64,000 bases of DNA from assembly GCF_037042905.1 (NCBI RefSeq), contig NC_087263.1, positions 11,162,001-11,226,000 of the forward strand. Direction: 5' to 3'. The stretch is from Lytechinus pictus. Lineage: Eukaryota. Each line of letters begins with the position of its first letter. Position 1 is the stretch's first letter. A program made the position numbers and the translations under genes. The notes beneath the pieces were generated by a model. The model was not told the DNA's origin, ran no database searches, and saw only the letters and a list, made by a program, of their open reading frames with translations. Below are positions 35,427 through 49,005 of the stretch, one piece after another.

Positions 35427-37976
35427 GTACATGATCTGACTGATGGGATGTGTAATGATATAAATATTCTTTGGACCGCCAGATTTATATTTTCGCGAGG
35501 GGTTGTATCGCTGAAGGAAAATATAAATCCTTCAGGCGGTCCAAAGAATGTTATTCTACACACCCCATCGGTCAATTATATTATATTGGATGGCTCAGGA
35601 TGGAATACCAGAAATATTCAAAGAGTTTGGGAAAATATTTCAAGAATCGCAGATGAATGGAATATTGGCTCTAACGAGTGAAATTTTTCGGGTAATTCAT
35701 GAAATAAGCCATCGAATATAAATACACCCCCCCCCCCAAAAAAAAAAGAGGGAGAAATTTGATTTAACAAGTCATATCACTAATCACATTATATGGCATC
35801 ATCACTTTAGGATCAATTTTGGTCAGTGACATGCGACTTGTCATGTCGTTCATTATGACGTCATTGAGCGCAATTGTTATCTATGCTGCGCATCGCAATG
35901 CTTTCATTGTTATACGCGTTGTATATTTCACGCATTTGCGCATGCGCACCAGTCTGTTGCATTTGGTCTCATACTCAACGGTAAATTTTGTACAGGAGCC
36001 TATGGGATATTCGTCGGATTTCGGTCATTTTAGAGATACGCTCTGATAATTGCACAGGCAATTGATGCAGACCAAGTTACCCGTTTTTAATGTATGGCTA
36101 AAACGCTCTATATAGATGATAATATCTGTTAATAGATATTGAAATATTGAATGATAAAGATAAATCTAGATCTACGATGCATGCACTATATAGATCTACA
36201 CTTGTTTATGATAATCACAGTGACTGATGGAACTGGTATAACTTTAGTCTAACGTTAGGTAAAACGAATGACCCTTTGTCTAATCAAAATCAAGTTTGTT
36301 TAGATCTAACTTTAATGTCCGGTCCAGGTCCAGGACCCAAGGCAGACCGAGAATTAGGTGCTGATTCTGATCTAACTTAGAGATGAGATAAATCATGACT
36401 AGATCTAGATCTATGTCAGACTAGGTCGCGGTTGATTGATCTTTCTGTTGTCGAATCAGGTCCAGGACCATATCTGACATTTCGTTAGCAGTAACTTAGC
36501 ACTAATATTATACTAATGTTATAATAGATATTGAATGATAACGATAAATCGAGATCTACGATGCATGCACTAGATCTACACATGTTTATGATATTCACAG
36601 TGACTGATGGAACTGGTATAACTTTAGTCTAATGTTAGGTAAAACTAATGACCCTTTGTCTAATCAAAATCAAGTTTGTTAAGATCTAACTTTAATGTCC
36701 GGTCCAGGTCCAGGACCCAAGGCAGACCGAGAATCAGGTGCAGATTCTGATCTAACTTAGGGATGAGAAAAATCATGACTAGATCTAGATCTATGTCAAA
36801 CTAGATCGCGGTTGACTGATCTTTTTGTTGTCGAATCAGGTCCAGGACCATATCTGACATTCCGTTAGCAGTAACTTAGCACTAACTTTAATGTTAGCAA
36901 GATTTCTATAACTTTTACTTCTATAGTTTTAGACTATAAAAAGTTAGACCTAACTTGTAGATCTAGGCCAAGGCCTAAATCTCGATCTACTTACCCAACT
37001 TCATCGTTCAAAAGCTGATCTAATTCATCATTGCTCATCAGACATCGTCACAAATCTTTGACGTTAGACCAAATCTAAAACTAGTAAAACTAAGCTTCAG
37101 TCTCTATTCGCTGTCTACGTTGGCTCCACTCAACAATGCAATCTCCAGAAATTGTTAAATAAATCCCCAGAAACGACAGCTATTCCTGTCTAACAGTTAC
37201 ACAAATTAGTAACTGAAGAAGGCCTAACGTTAGATCTCGATCTAACGTTATAGTATTGTCTTTGTTTTTCCTCTTTGTTAGCATACATGTACACACTTCT
37301 GACACTCCTTATTAAGTCTGTTTATCTGCTCAATATTGTAGTAGCGACTGTCCTTGGGGCCGGAATTCGTGTACCTTCGAGGTCGGCTTCTGAGGGGTTT
37401 CCTAACCTGCAATCCCGCGGTCAAATACGGCATGTTCATCCCCCGACACTTGCGATTTTGGACTTTTGAAAGAACACACCGATTAATTAACTGAGAGTCT
37501 CTTTGGACAGGAAACAAGCCAGAGCGGACCTGAAAATAGGTAGGCCTAAGTGATATTTTACTTGTTGCTTTTTAGGCTCGCGCGGCTTCAATATCATGGA
37601 TACTGTACTACCAACAAAGGATCGACGGACAGGCTCTCAGTCTTCCAGCATCGTGGACTAAAAGTGAAGTAAGTAAGTTCGGACGTCGGACTCACTTAAA
37701 TTCCGCGGTCGGGACCGAAAAGTGATTCCAATTGATGCCGAGTGTTGATCGATTGCAAACGATCGCTACTTTAGTCCCACATATGTTATATCCGTGCAAT
37801 TGGTAACATCTCTTCCACGAAAGGGCATTATACACGTAGAAAAATATACCCATGACCGGCTGGTCTGCCTGGTCTGTCGAAGGTGACCGGCTGGGAAAAT
37901 ATACAGATTTCGATCATATCACGTGACACGCTATGGACCAATCGCGCTTGGCTTTCTGTTCTGGCTATCCATAATA
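35427..37976. mobile_element. Second probable Crypton-like non-autonomous element, opposite polarity to 30146-32897
   Basis: Left-end foldback (TGACTGATGGGATGTGTA..ATTCTTTGGACCGCC.GATTTATATTTTC vs GAAAATATAAATC..GGCGGTCCAAAGAAT..TACACACCCCATCGGTCA). GGACCAATC near the right end (37935). AGATCT/AACGTT-rich interior. Confidence 0.55.
36131..36886. repeat. Tandem duplication with a ~380-bp unit inside the Crypton-like element
   Basis: 36131-36506 vs 36523-36886, highly similar (for example GTCCGGTCCAGGTCCAGGACCCAAGGCAGACCGAGAAT occurs twice). Confidence 0.93.
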
Positions 37977-38206
37977 AATATGAAAATAGGCTACATTAAG
38001 AGCTTTTTAATAATACCAGACTTATTTTTATAGCAAGAAATAAAGTGACTATGCAAAATGAAAGAATATAAATATTTACATGAATGAGAGTAATTATTAA
38101 TGATTTCATTTTGCTCCTAGCCCTTATTCCTTTCTCGTAATGTACTTGTATTATATTCGTGTTACAGGCGAGTCCCGCCACAAGCTTTTGCTATTAGGGA
38201 ATAAAC

Positions 38207-38837
38207 CATTTCGTAGTTACTTCATGAACATTTTTGGTCAAATGACTTTTCATTTGTTTCATTGTGATAGGCAGATTTCAAAGCAAGATATTATGTTAGC
38301 ATGCCTTACATAGCATGATGAAGAAATTGAATAGACCAGGTGACTAGAATAGCACACCATTGAGCACTCTCTGAAGGTATTTGTTGCATTTCTACTTTGA
38401 ATGCACATTATATAATGATGTACTTTGTAAACTGGGAGATACCAGTCGTCCGTGGACGCATTGTTGTTTTTTGTGGATGTAAATGAAGGTGCCGTGGCCG
38501 AGTGGTCTAAGGCGCCTGGCTATACATAAAAAGTCCGGGGTTCGATCCCCGACCGCGGCACCTATGCCCGTGAGCAAGGCTTTTAATGTACAATGCTCTT
38601 TTATCCTTCTTTTAAATAAATGGAAATGCTATATGCATTATTGGTAACTTGGTGTGCACTTGTTTGGTAAAAAAAAAAGAAAAACACAATTCAAAAGAAT
38701 ATTATAAATAATCAAGACATCAAAGGTGGTGTTTATCTCATAAAATTTTAAGCCAACATGTCACTTTAGTACAAATGACCTTCCTCTGATTATGCACAGA
38801 ATCTTCTAATCATGGGCAGAGTGGAACTACAAACAGC
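38207..38837. mobile_element. Second copy of the 9587-10020 TIR element, interrupted by a SINE
   Basis: Colinear similarity on both sides of 38488-38678. Confidence 0.88.
38488..38678 (+). mobile_element. tRNA-derived SINE (second copy at 42150-42335)
   Basis: TGGCCGAGTGG A box, GGTTCGATCCC B box, poly(A) tail; absent from the 9587 host copy. Confidence 0.9.
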
Positions 38838-39387
38838 TGATTTTATATAAAATTGTAGGCCTATTGAAAATCATATTTTGCGAAATTGGAATATAATATA
38901 TATTCATTGAATTGAAATATATGGGGTCGGGTGTGAGGGATGAGTTTATTAGACAATAAACTCATCCTTGACCAATCTTTCTCCATCTCTTTTTTTTTAA
39001 GTTTTTAATGATATTCTTTGAACTACCATTGACTCTCTCTTTGCCCTTTTGAAACTGTTAATAATCCATTGAGCCCTTTGTAATTAATACTCGTACAACA
39101 TGTACAAAGACGTCATGGACGTAGCGCCACGCGAGTTGAGAATGCGACCGTTGACATGGTTGAAGTGGAGGAAACGTTGGGTAAGTAATATCCCTTTTCA
39201 TCCTTCCCAGTATGGGATCAGATTAGAGCAAATTAACTGACTATAATCTGATTCATTTAAGGACTAATCGAAGAATAAAATGGGAATAAAGGGTTTTAGT
39301 CATTTTGATTCCAATTTATATCTTTTCCACCGCCCCACTGACCCCCACAAATTAAACAAAGGAAAACAGGCGGCAAACGATGTATAG

Positions 39388-39683
39388 CAGAAGCGGATCT
39401 AGAGGGGGGGTTGGGGGGGTTGCAACCCCCCCCCCCAAAAAAAAACAATTTTTTTAAAATCTTATCTTTTTTTTTTAACTTGTAATTTTATTTTATTTTA
39501 TTTCTATGTATTTATTTCATTTTTCACACACAGATTTTCAAAAATTTTCCCTACTGTGGGAGGGGGGACACCCCCCTCCCACACCCTCCCCCCTCGCTCG
39601 CTCCGCTCGCTTGGACTCGGTCGCTACGCTCCCTCGCATACCACCCCAACCCCCCCCTTTATAAAAAGCTGGATCCGCCCCTG
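39388..39683. mobile_element. hAT-like MITE
   Basis: TIR CAGAAGCGGATCTAG / CTGGATCCGCCCCTG; CGCTCGCTCCGCTCGC motif; no clean 8-bp TSD. Confidence 0.7.
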
Positions 39684-39699
39684 TATAGGTATATACTTT

Positions 39700-39916
39700 T
39701 ATCGGGAAGCTGCACCCGACAAGCTCCGCTTTCTTAGCAGCGACAAGCTCCCCTTTTTAGCAGCCTCCTCCATTCCCAACCTGTTTATATGTTAATTTTG
39801 ATTATCATTATTGGACATAGACATTTGCTATAATGTTTTCCTGCATTCAATTTTATATCAAAATGTACGAAACAAAGCTTAAATGTTGGAATGGAAATAA
39901 ACGAAATGAAATGAAA
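39700..39916 (+). mobile_element. LINE 3'UTR/tail remnant
   Basis: GGAAGCTGCACCCGACAAGCT...TAGCAGCCTCCTCCATT stem-loop-like motif, AATAAA and a (GAAAT)n tail. Confidence 0.55.
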
Positions 39917-40610
39917 GGTGCAATATGATAAAAGAGCAAAATACATAATTAGTTCATTTCCACGGTTGTCGATGAACTGCATGTGTACATTTACGCCACA
40001 GATTTTTTTTTTTTTTTTGTATTTTAACATACGAATGCTCCTATATTATTATTGCTCGAACAATTTTCTGGTTTCTCTTTTTTTGGTTTATTGATGTTTC
40101 CATATTTGAATTTCATGTTATCTTTTGGTATTTGCGTTTATCGTTTACTGTTTTTGCGTTATCGATTTTTTTTTTGTATTTTTTTTTTGTATTTACGTTA
40201 ATTTCCCAATTTGTAAATGATATTATTGCATTGTTGTTTGATAAAAACTATTTAAAAAACACGACGGTAAAAAGGACAAGAAAACATTAGGCATTTACTA
40301 AATGTTTCAATTGTTGTTTTCTTTGTGCTGTTTCAGACAAGTTTCGCTCGAAAGCGGGAGGGGAGGGGGGCCCTTATGCATGTCACATCATGAAAGGGAG
40401 ATATCTGTGAGATAATGTACTTGTTAATCATTTATCATTGTTCCCTGTGTGAATATGGGATATGAATGATTCGTCAGAAAAAATCGAAAACGGGGTAGGG
40501 GAAGGTTTACCTATAGGATCAAAATTTAAAGGGGGAAGTGGGGGAGGCATTCATGTATGCCATGAGTCATGGACATAAATTGGTCTGAGATATGAAGATG
40601 GAGTAAAATA

Positions 40611-40848
40611 CACTGTAAACAAATATTGGGCAACATTTTTACCACCACGAGGATGGTAATTTGGGGCAGTATTTTACCCAATGCGGGAAGCATATTGTCC
40701 AGTGAGGTTAAAAATAAGCAGCAATTACTCTAGAATGGGCAAAATTTTCATCACACTGGAAAAGTAAAACTGCCCAAAAGAAATGCCCAATGTTGGTTAG
40801 ACACATAATCACGCTCATGGAGCACTTTTACCCATTATTTTTAGAGTG
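40611..40848. mobile_element. CACTA-like MITE
   Basis: CACTGTAAA...TTTAGAGTG; 2-bp TSD TA; homologous to the 9303 and 12259 copies. Confidence 0.85.
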
Positions 40849-41854
40849 TAGTACAGAAGAGAGAGAGATATATAAGGAGAAGAGAGGGAGATGGGTACGG
40901 TTGAGAGAAATAAAAAGATGAGAAATGGCGGGGGGAGAGGGAGAATTAAATTCAAGAGGGGTGTTGTGATCGCAGTGGGGATCCGAACTTTACGTATAGG
41001 CAATTAGCCATTCGCATCATTACCTAAAATCTTTTCTTGTTTAGCAGTATTCTGTATACAGCTTCCCTAAATCTTTTAAGCCGCTCGTAGACATTTAGCA
41101 GATAATTTCGAAGCCATAAATCTACTGTAAATCTTGCTCTGCAAAAACTTGACTGACAACTTAATCCATGTTTTGATTTTGATAAAACGTATTTCTTCTT
41201 TGTGTCTGACTAAAAATAATTATATTCCAATAGAAAAAAATCACCGAGAAAACACACTGAAAGTTTGACGAAGCTATTGAATTTTTAAAGTTTATAACAA
41301 GTTTATAAAGTTCTTTAATTTATTTTTTTGTATTTGTATTATACGTGTTATAGGCGTATCCCGTCATAAACTTTTGCTTTTTGCGCCTTCTTCTGTAATA
41401 ACACATCTGTTATATATTTACACTCTTTTATGACAATAAATAATTTTTTTATGGATTACATTAAAAAGAAAATTATATTTTGTAATAATGGAAGAAAATA
41501 AATGTTTATTTCAGTTGAAAAAAAAAGAAGTGGGTAATTTTACGTGATTTTGCTACAACGTTATTTCTATTTTAATTGAAATTGAAAAAAAAATGATATT
41601 GTGTGATTGGAACATCTTAGATATAGTCCTATGATTATTCCATGGTTCATTGTATCAAAAGATGATTCATAACACTTGTTTTTCAAATGCTCAAAAAATG
41701 AAGATTGTTTTAAAATCAATAATCAAAATCACAAACCACTATACCTAAAAAAGATAAATCACTCCGCTATGTGTTTGTTATGGATTATTGAAATCAATGA
41801 ATTTGTACTATGTCAACGGAATATTGAGGTGCAATAATGGCGTTTTTTAAATAT

Positions 41855-42645
41855 TCATAACTAGAGTAAAATTCACAAAGCAAACTGCTGAAAATTTTAT
41901 CAAAATCTTATGGCAAATAGCGAAGTTATTGAATTGTAAAGTTTATCAATATATTGTGAGAACAGTTATATACACGGTGTCATTAATTTTCATTAAATGG
42001 GCTAATGATGTCACATCCCCACTTTCCTTTTTCCTATGTTATTTTATGAATTCATAATTGTATCATTTTTTCATACATGTGTGAATTATATGTCTCCCGT
42101 GTAATGAAATCGGTTGCAGCAATGAATATCGGTTGCAGCAATGAATAGAGGTGCCGTGGCCGAGTGGTCTAAGGCGCCTGTCTATACATGGAAAGTCCGT
42201 GGTTCGATCCTCGACCGCGGCACCTATGCCCGTGAGCAAGGCATTAAATCTACAATGCTCTTTTATCCTGCTTTCAAATAAATGGAAATGCTATATGCAT
42301 TATTGGTAACTAGGTGTGCACTTGTTTTAACAAAATATATAATGCACTTGATCAGTTGTTAGTGCAACAGTTTTGGTTCTTGGATGAAAGAAAATTGAAT
42401 ATACCTCATTTCATATAATAAAATATAAAAGAACAAGTGGGGAAATAACATCATCAATTTGCTCAATGAATATTCATGAAGACATGCCTAGAACTGTTTC
42501 ACCGGAATAATGCAAATCTTTTAAATGCCATAACTTCGCTATTTGTCGTAAGATTTTGATGAAATTTGCAGCATTTTGCACTGTGAATTTTATTCTATTT
42601 ACTTAGACATGTTAGATATGAATATTTTCAGCCCCGAGCATCCCT
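41855..42645. mobile_element. Kolobok-like element (one end missing) carrying a SINE
   Basis: Homologous to 22013-22619; right end GCATCCCT|TTAA. Confidence 0.8.
42150..42335 (+). mobile_element. tRNA-derived SINE, same family as 38488
   Basis: GGTGCCGTGGCCGAGTGGTCTAAGGCGCCTG...GGTTCGATCC...; near-identical body. Confidence 0.9.
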
Positions 42646-42691
42646 TTAAATTGCAAACAACAAAAAATCTTACAACGTGGCGGGGCGTTCG

Positions 42692-45600
42692 CACTGAACT
42701 AGAGATACGTGGAATACGTGTCCCTATTCCCAACGTACACAAAGCCGTGCGGCAACGAAGAGCATCGGACTTCACGCTCGACTGAGCGCGCCGCCATTTT
42801 GCTAGGTCAATACTGGCTAGTCGACAAATGCTGCGTGAAGGCAGATTGGAGAAAGGAACGCAAAGAAAGTGTTCCTTGTGCTGTTTAAAGTTTTAGTTTG
42901 CTTTGTTACATCATGTAATATATGTTATTGAATACTTTCATAACTGAAAATGTTGATTTAGTCACATTTTTGTATTAAAGGGGAGTAAATATACAGACAT
43001 GAAATCATAAAAACTCGACCTTTTTCACGCGCACACTATGACAAAGAAAGGCCCAACAACAACTCTCTCTTATTTCTCCCCTTTATATCATCTCGATCTC
43101 CCTCTTTATTATTTTTCCTTTCTCTTTGGCTTCTTTCTCTCTGATTTTCCTCTTCTTTCTCATCTCTCTCTCTCTTACCTTCCCTTTCTATATATCCCCC
43201 TTATATCTCTCTTTTATTTCCCCATCTCCCTTATATCAAGCCCTCTTATCTCCCTCTCGTCTCGCCTTTCTCTCCTCACCTCTTTCTCATTCCTCGTCAT
43301 TTCCCCCTTTCTCTCCCTCTCTCGATCTCTTTGATCTTCCTCTTCTTTCCATCTCTTCTCGTTGATCGTCTGTTTCTTTTTTTCTCTCCGGCTGTATCTT
43401 TACCATTTTGCCTTTCTCATTTCAACTTTCTCTATATAAATTTTGAGTAAATATTTCCTTCCCTCCCTCTCATACTGTTCAATCACACATTTAGGGTGAA
43501 AAATTGGATAGAAGTTTGAGGACAAGAAGGTTGTTACTTTTAATGAGCCTTCAAAGTTGGACCTTCGTGTGCTCAGCCATGAAATATCTACTAAGTACAG
43601 TGTATATAAAAATGGGCACAATATAATTTGAATTCTTATGAAATTTAATTTGGATGAGCATGGATGTTGCACGACATGTGCTTATACATCAATACACCTT
43701 TACATAAAGGAAGGGGTGATGGATAAACAAATTCAACTCTAACAAGTTTACTAATTAGAGCACAGATCAGAAAAAAACATAGCAATGGTAATTCCATTTA
43801 AACAGTTGTGGCACTAAATTTCGCTTATTTTCACATACCAGATAATTATATGCATATCCTGGTCAGTATATATATGAAATATTCCACATGTCAAAAATTG
43901 CACAAAAAGGCCACTACCTCTTGTCAAATATTTCCAGGGTGACCAGACGTCCCGTATTTCCCGGGATCGTCCCGTATTTTGCTCCTTTGTCCCGGCGTCC
44001 CGACAAACCCTTTCCGGGACACCTATCTGTCCCGTATTTTTAGAATATTGAACAAAATGTAGTTGATACATTTAAAAGTGACGAATTTTCATCAAATAAC
44101 CTAACAGATGACGAAGCAGAGACAACAATAAATCGATAACTAAACTTTTGCAAAGTTTTGCGGGTGATTTTTATCCTAACCCAATAGGCCTACATTGCAA
44201 ACGAGCTGGCTTCCTGCCTGTGTGTGGCCGGCAGGCTCTATGCATGTAGGATCGGAGCAGATTCTCAATGGTGCAAACAATCTCACATGATAAACAGTTT
44301 TTCCACCAAAATAATCGCAAAATCGGCGGGAAATTTTTATGATCATATATTATAGATTCTCAGATTACTGATTTAATAGGAGGAACAAGTTTTTTAATTT
44401 TCATAACTGGATCTACATGTAGTTGTTTTAGCTTTCGTTTTGAGTCTTGTTGTGTAGGATGCCGGCGCTGTTTCCTCTAATTTGTAAGTTGACAATGTTT
44501 CACTTTGAAATTTTATTCATTTCTAAACCACTTAGTTTTTCAAAATTTTAAAGATAAAAAACACCAAATATATCATTGTTATTTCTGTTAGATGATTGGA
44601 TTGCTTTTGTTTGCTTGAAGTTTGAACTTTTTCCTCTTTCATTTTTTTTTATTCTTCATCCTTCTATCCTTCCTGCTTGCTTTTTTTGTTCCATCTATCT
44701 TTTAATATTTCTTTCCTGATCCAGTCTGTGTGTTAATTTTCTTTCTTTCCTTCTTTCTCTTATCTGCCCTTTTTATCTACTTCCTTCTCCCTTCCTCACC
44801 TTTAATTTCTTTTCGTTTTTTCTCTCCTTCCATTATTTTTTTTTCATTCTCTCATCCCTCCAATCTTTCCTCCCTCTCTTTCATTCTTTCTTTCATTCTT
44901 TATTCTATTTTTCCTTCTAATTCTTTCTTTCTTTCCCTCCCTCCCTTCCTTCCTTCCCCCTTCATGTTTTCTTCTTTCTTCGTTTCTTTCTTTCAAAGAA
45001 TGAAAACATTTTTCTTTCCGGCATTCTTTGTTTCCCTTCTTTTTCTTACTTTTTCTTTCTCACCTTTATTTTGTCTGTCACACATCTTCCCTTTCTTTCT
45101 TTTTCTTTATTTCTATATTCAATGAATTCAACGAATGACGGAAACCTTTTTTTCTCTTTTATTCTTTCTTTCATCGTCTTTTTAATTATTCTAACTTTCT
45201 TTCATGTTTTCCCCTTCATTTTCCCCTTCATTTTTTTCTTTCTTCTTTCTCATTTCATTTCTTTTCTTTCTCTCCTTCATTCTTTCGTTCACCCTCCCTT
45301 CCAATTCTTTATATTTTTTTTCACAAGTATAATACTGTGTAGCCTTCTTTGATTATTTTTTTTTTTATGGATTGTCCCGTATTTCATTTTTTGAAATCTG
45401 GTCACCCTGATTTAAACCCTTTTTTTAAACTACATGAATTACCAGGTCCCAGTACATTGTGCATATAGAAATATGTTTGTACATGATTGGCTTAATGACA
45501 TTAAAATACACTTTGCCACACTAAGTAGTACATCAGTATTAATCTTATATTTATAGAGAAAACATATTGCATCTTGCACATACTTTCAATTGCCTTCTAC

Positions 45601-45714
45601 GGCGCGTTCTCGAACAATTGACCTAGCAAAATGGCGGCGGTCACGTGACTTATCGAGTTCGCAGGCGATGCTTTGCTTGGGTGAACACGACTTCCACGTA
45701 TCTCTAGTTCAGTG
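42692..45714. mobile_element. 3-kb non-autonomous DNA transposon with an 8-bp TSD (P-like or hAT-like)
   Basis: Perfect 23-bp TIR CACTGAACTAGAGATACGTGGAA; second internal inverted pair GCCGCCATTTTGCTAGGTCAAT; TSD GGCGTTCG (42684-42691 and 45715-45722). Confidence 0.9.
43935..45409. mobile_element. hAT-like element nested in 42692-45714
   Basis: TIR CAGGGTGACCAGA / TCTGGTCACCCTG; GTCCCGTATTT subterminal repeats; CT-rich interior; TSD not evident. Confidence 0.8.
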
Positions 45715-46484
45715 GGCGTTCGTCGGCACACGCTGTCATATCCATTCGCGTGTGAAGGCCTATTCGTATAAAAGACGTTGTTAACCCATGGATTAATGAT
45801 ATAAATACAAAAAGTTAAGCCTTAATAATGACCCAAGGCCGTGACTTAACACGTGGACTCAAGGGCAGATAAGCTAGGATTAAATCAATGAGGATTTGCA
45901 AAAGAGAGAGAGATGGGGTGGGGCGCAGAGAGTGTAGAAGTCATTAAATCGTTATTGTGAAAGTAAATAAGAAAAAAATAGATGGTAGTCCCGATTATTT
46001 GAAAATTGCAGATGAAGCCTTCGAATTTGTTGAACCAAAGCCTTCCAGAATGGCGGGAAATAATAGGCCTACCTCAAAGTCAAATCGTCTGTGTTACATC
46101 TTGTATCGAGGCATGGCCCTATAGGAAGCGGGGATTCTGGGGGTGCTGTGTCTGTTATTCTCCATAGGCACGGGCATAGGCAGCACCCCCTAGATTGTTG
46201 GTAGGTGTTAAAAAGGGAAAAATGAGCAAAAATTTCCTATATTTTGTCGTCAAACTTTTGTTGTTGTTTTTCTTTTGGCATGTCAAATTTTTCGAGACCA
46301 GAATGACCTTCATGTTGTAGCGAACCCCCCCCCCCCCCTCCTTTTTGCTTGTCAAATTTGCATTATCTCCCCAAGAAAAAATGCAGTTGTGTGGGGGGGG
46401 GGAAGAGAATACAGGGGACGCGATACGACTTCCCCTATATGTTTCAAGGGGTTTATTTTTAATTCGTCTAATCCCAGTTCGTCC

Positions 46485-46878
46485 AATTGCCAACTCGTCT
46501 ACTATCATTTGGTCTACCATCAGTTCGGCCACTATCCACATGGTGTAATTGACATTTCGTCCACTCACCAATTCATCTAATAACCAGTTGGTCCGATAGC
46601 CATTAAGTTCATGTACCATTTGGTCTAATTTTACTTAGTGTTAATCGTGCAAAATGAATTAAAATGAGGTGGATATTGGACCAACTGGTTATGAGACGAA
46701 ATGGTCATAGACGAAATGGTGATTAGACCGTGTAGACGAAGTGATGATTGGACCGAATGTTTATTGGACCAAATGGTTGTTAGACGAAATGTCGATGCAT
46801 TGGACGAAATGGTATTATACTGAATGAATGTAGACCATGTGGTGAGTGGAGGAGATGGCAGTAGACGAATTGGTAATT
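46485..46878. mobile_element. Foldback element built from ~15-16-bp TAGACGAAATGG-type units
   Basis: AATTGCCAACTCGTCTACT / AGTAGACGAATTGGTAATT; the units switch orientation at the centre. Confidence 0.7.
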
Positions 46879-48198
46879 TACTTTTTTTCAAGGAGTAAAA
46901 AATTGGGGTAAAAGGAGGGAAAATGAGAGAGAGAAGGGTAAAGTTCAAGTTCAAGTTTCCTTTATTTCGTTTTGACTCAACATATTACACAGATATGAAA
47001 TAATAACCATACAAATTAATACAAGGGAATATACTATGTTAACAATATGACCATACAAAGGAAATTAATAAATACTTTCGGTAAGCAATAAACAAAAATG
47101 ATAATCATACAATTGAGGGTAAAACCATATTGTAGAACAATCTCGATTGAACATCTGCAAGGCTATTTTTTAAATATCTTTTTGATAAAATAAAAGTTGA
47201 GGAAATAGGGGCTCCACTGAAAAGCAGGGCGTGTTAAATGAGGATCCCTCAATAAAATTGATAAAAGATAGATTAGTACATGTAGTAGGTATCAGTATAA
47301 CATACGAGGAGGGGGGGGGGGATGAATAAAGTTGATGTGGTGGATGATGATTGGAATGTGGAGTTAATGGAAGGGGAATAAAAGACAGAGAAGCAACCGA
47401 AAGGATAGGGTGGTGCTTAGGTGTAGGTGAAAGAGGAATAGATGAAAGAGAGCGAGAAAGAGAGAGAGAAAAAAAAAAGAAGAGAGGAAGGAAGACAAAG
47501 CTGGGTGCCGATCGCTCCATTGGAATTAGCTTTATATGATTCGATTTTATTTGTTTAGCTTGAGTTTAAAACAATTCAAACTGGCGGCATTTATAATGTC
47601 ATTGCTGAGAGAGTTCCAGTATTTAGGACCATAAAAATTATTTGTTTTTGTTTGTGCAAAGAAAGTGCGGGTACGGGGAAGATGGAAACGGAGGGATTGT
47701 CGGGTCGGGTAACTGTGAATGGTGTTTTTTTTTGTAAACGTGTTAACCAATGTGTTTGTAAGTACATTTATGTTCAATTTGTACATGAATTGCCCTATAA
47801 GAAGAAAAAGAAAAAAACAAATCCGAAAATTTTAGGATATTCGACTTGTAGAACAACTCATCGATATAAGAACGATTAGGAGCATTATTAATAATCCTTA
47901 TAACGTTATATCTTGTCGGTGAGATTTTTATAGGCATTACCCCATGCCAGTATTCCATAATTAAAATACGGAAGTATTAGCGTAAAATAATGTGTAAAAA
48001 TGTTTATTTATTATACTGATATTTCGCAATATAGTTTTAGATATATTAAGGATGTGAATGTTCCAACTAAATTTTTCGTCAATCATGAGCCCTTAGAATT
48101 TGGTTGAAGCTACTCTGTTGAGAGGCGTATTGTCCAAAAGGATATATCTCTGGGTAGATTTTGCAATGCATTACTAAATAATATTACATTTTTCTCAA

Positions 48199-48335
48199 CC
48201 CTTTCCACGCGTACTTCGCACCAATGCACACTCGGTGCCGTGCGAACTTCGCATTTCACACTCAACAATAATGCATTGTTTCCCTCCCTGAAAATAATTC
48301 AGTACAGATGGGTTCATGGTCCAGCGCACAAAGAG
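48199..48335. mobile_element. piggyBac-like MITE inside the LINE
   Basis: TCAA|CCCTTTCCACGC...GCGCACAAAGAG|TTAA; it interrupts the LINE directly after ANKLSLNI. Confidence 0.6.
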
Positions 48336-49005
48336 TTAATGTTCAGAGATAATTTGTTTGCTTTATCCCACTTCACTACACGTTTCAGTTCAACATTTGC
48401 AGTAGAAAGAAGCGTAACTGGGTTAACATGAAAATAAAATAAGTTGTAGTTGGAATAAATTGAAAGATAGAACATCAGAAGATTGATACAAAATCGTTTA
48501 TGATAAATAACAAGGTGCCTATTAGGCTTCCCTGCGGAACTCCGCAACTTATTGGTAGTAAAGCTAAATCATAATTATGTATTTGTACGAATTGTTTTCT
48601 GTTGGATAAATAATTCCCGAACCATTCCAAGGCTTTTCCTCTAATATCATTTTGCGACAACTTTACTAATATGATATCATGGTCAATTGTGTCAAAAGCC
48701 TTGGAAAAGTCCAGAAATATTGCAATAGAGTGAAATGTTGATCAATGGCATGTAATAACAAATCAATGCATTTTAATATTGCTTCAGTTGTATTATGATT
48801 TGCTCGAAAGCCAAATTGTGATTTCCAAAAATATAATGTTTGTTTAAGAAGTCTGTCACTCTTGTAAAAACAATTCTTTCCAAAACTTTAGATAAAGATG
48901 GTAATAGTGATATTGGTCTATCATTTTTTTTGTTTCTGTGGTGTCTCCATTTTTAAATATTGGGATTACTTTTGCTATTTTTAAGTCATTTGGTACTGTA
49001 CCAGT

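Noticed and set aside
38488..38566. Functional tRNA genes at 38488, 42150, 5789, 49880 and 62905
   Set aside because: Each continues into a SINE body or tail without a terminator, and the cloverleaf arms are degenerate.
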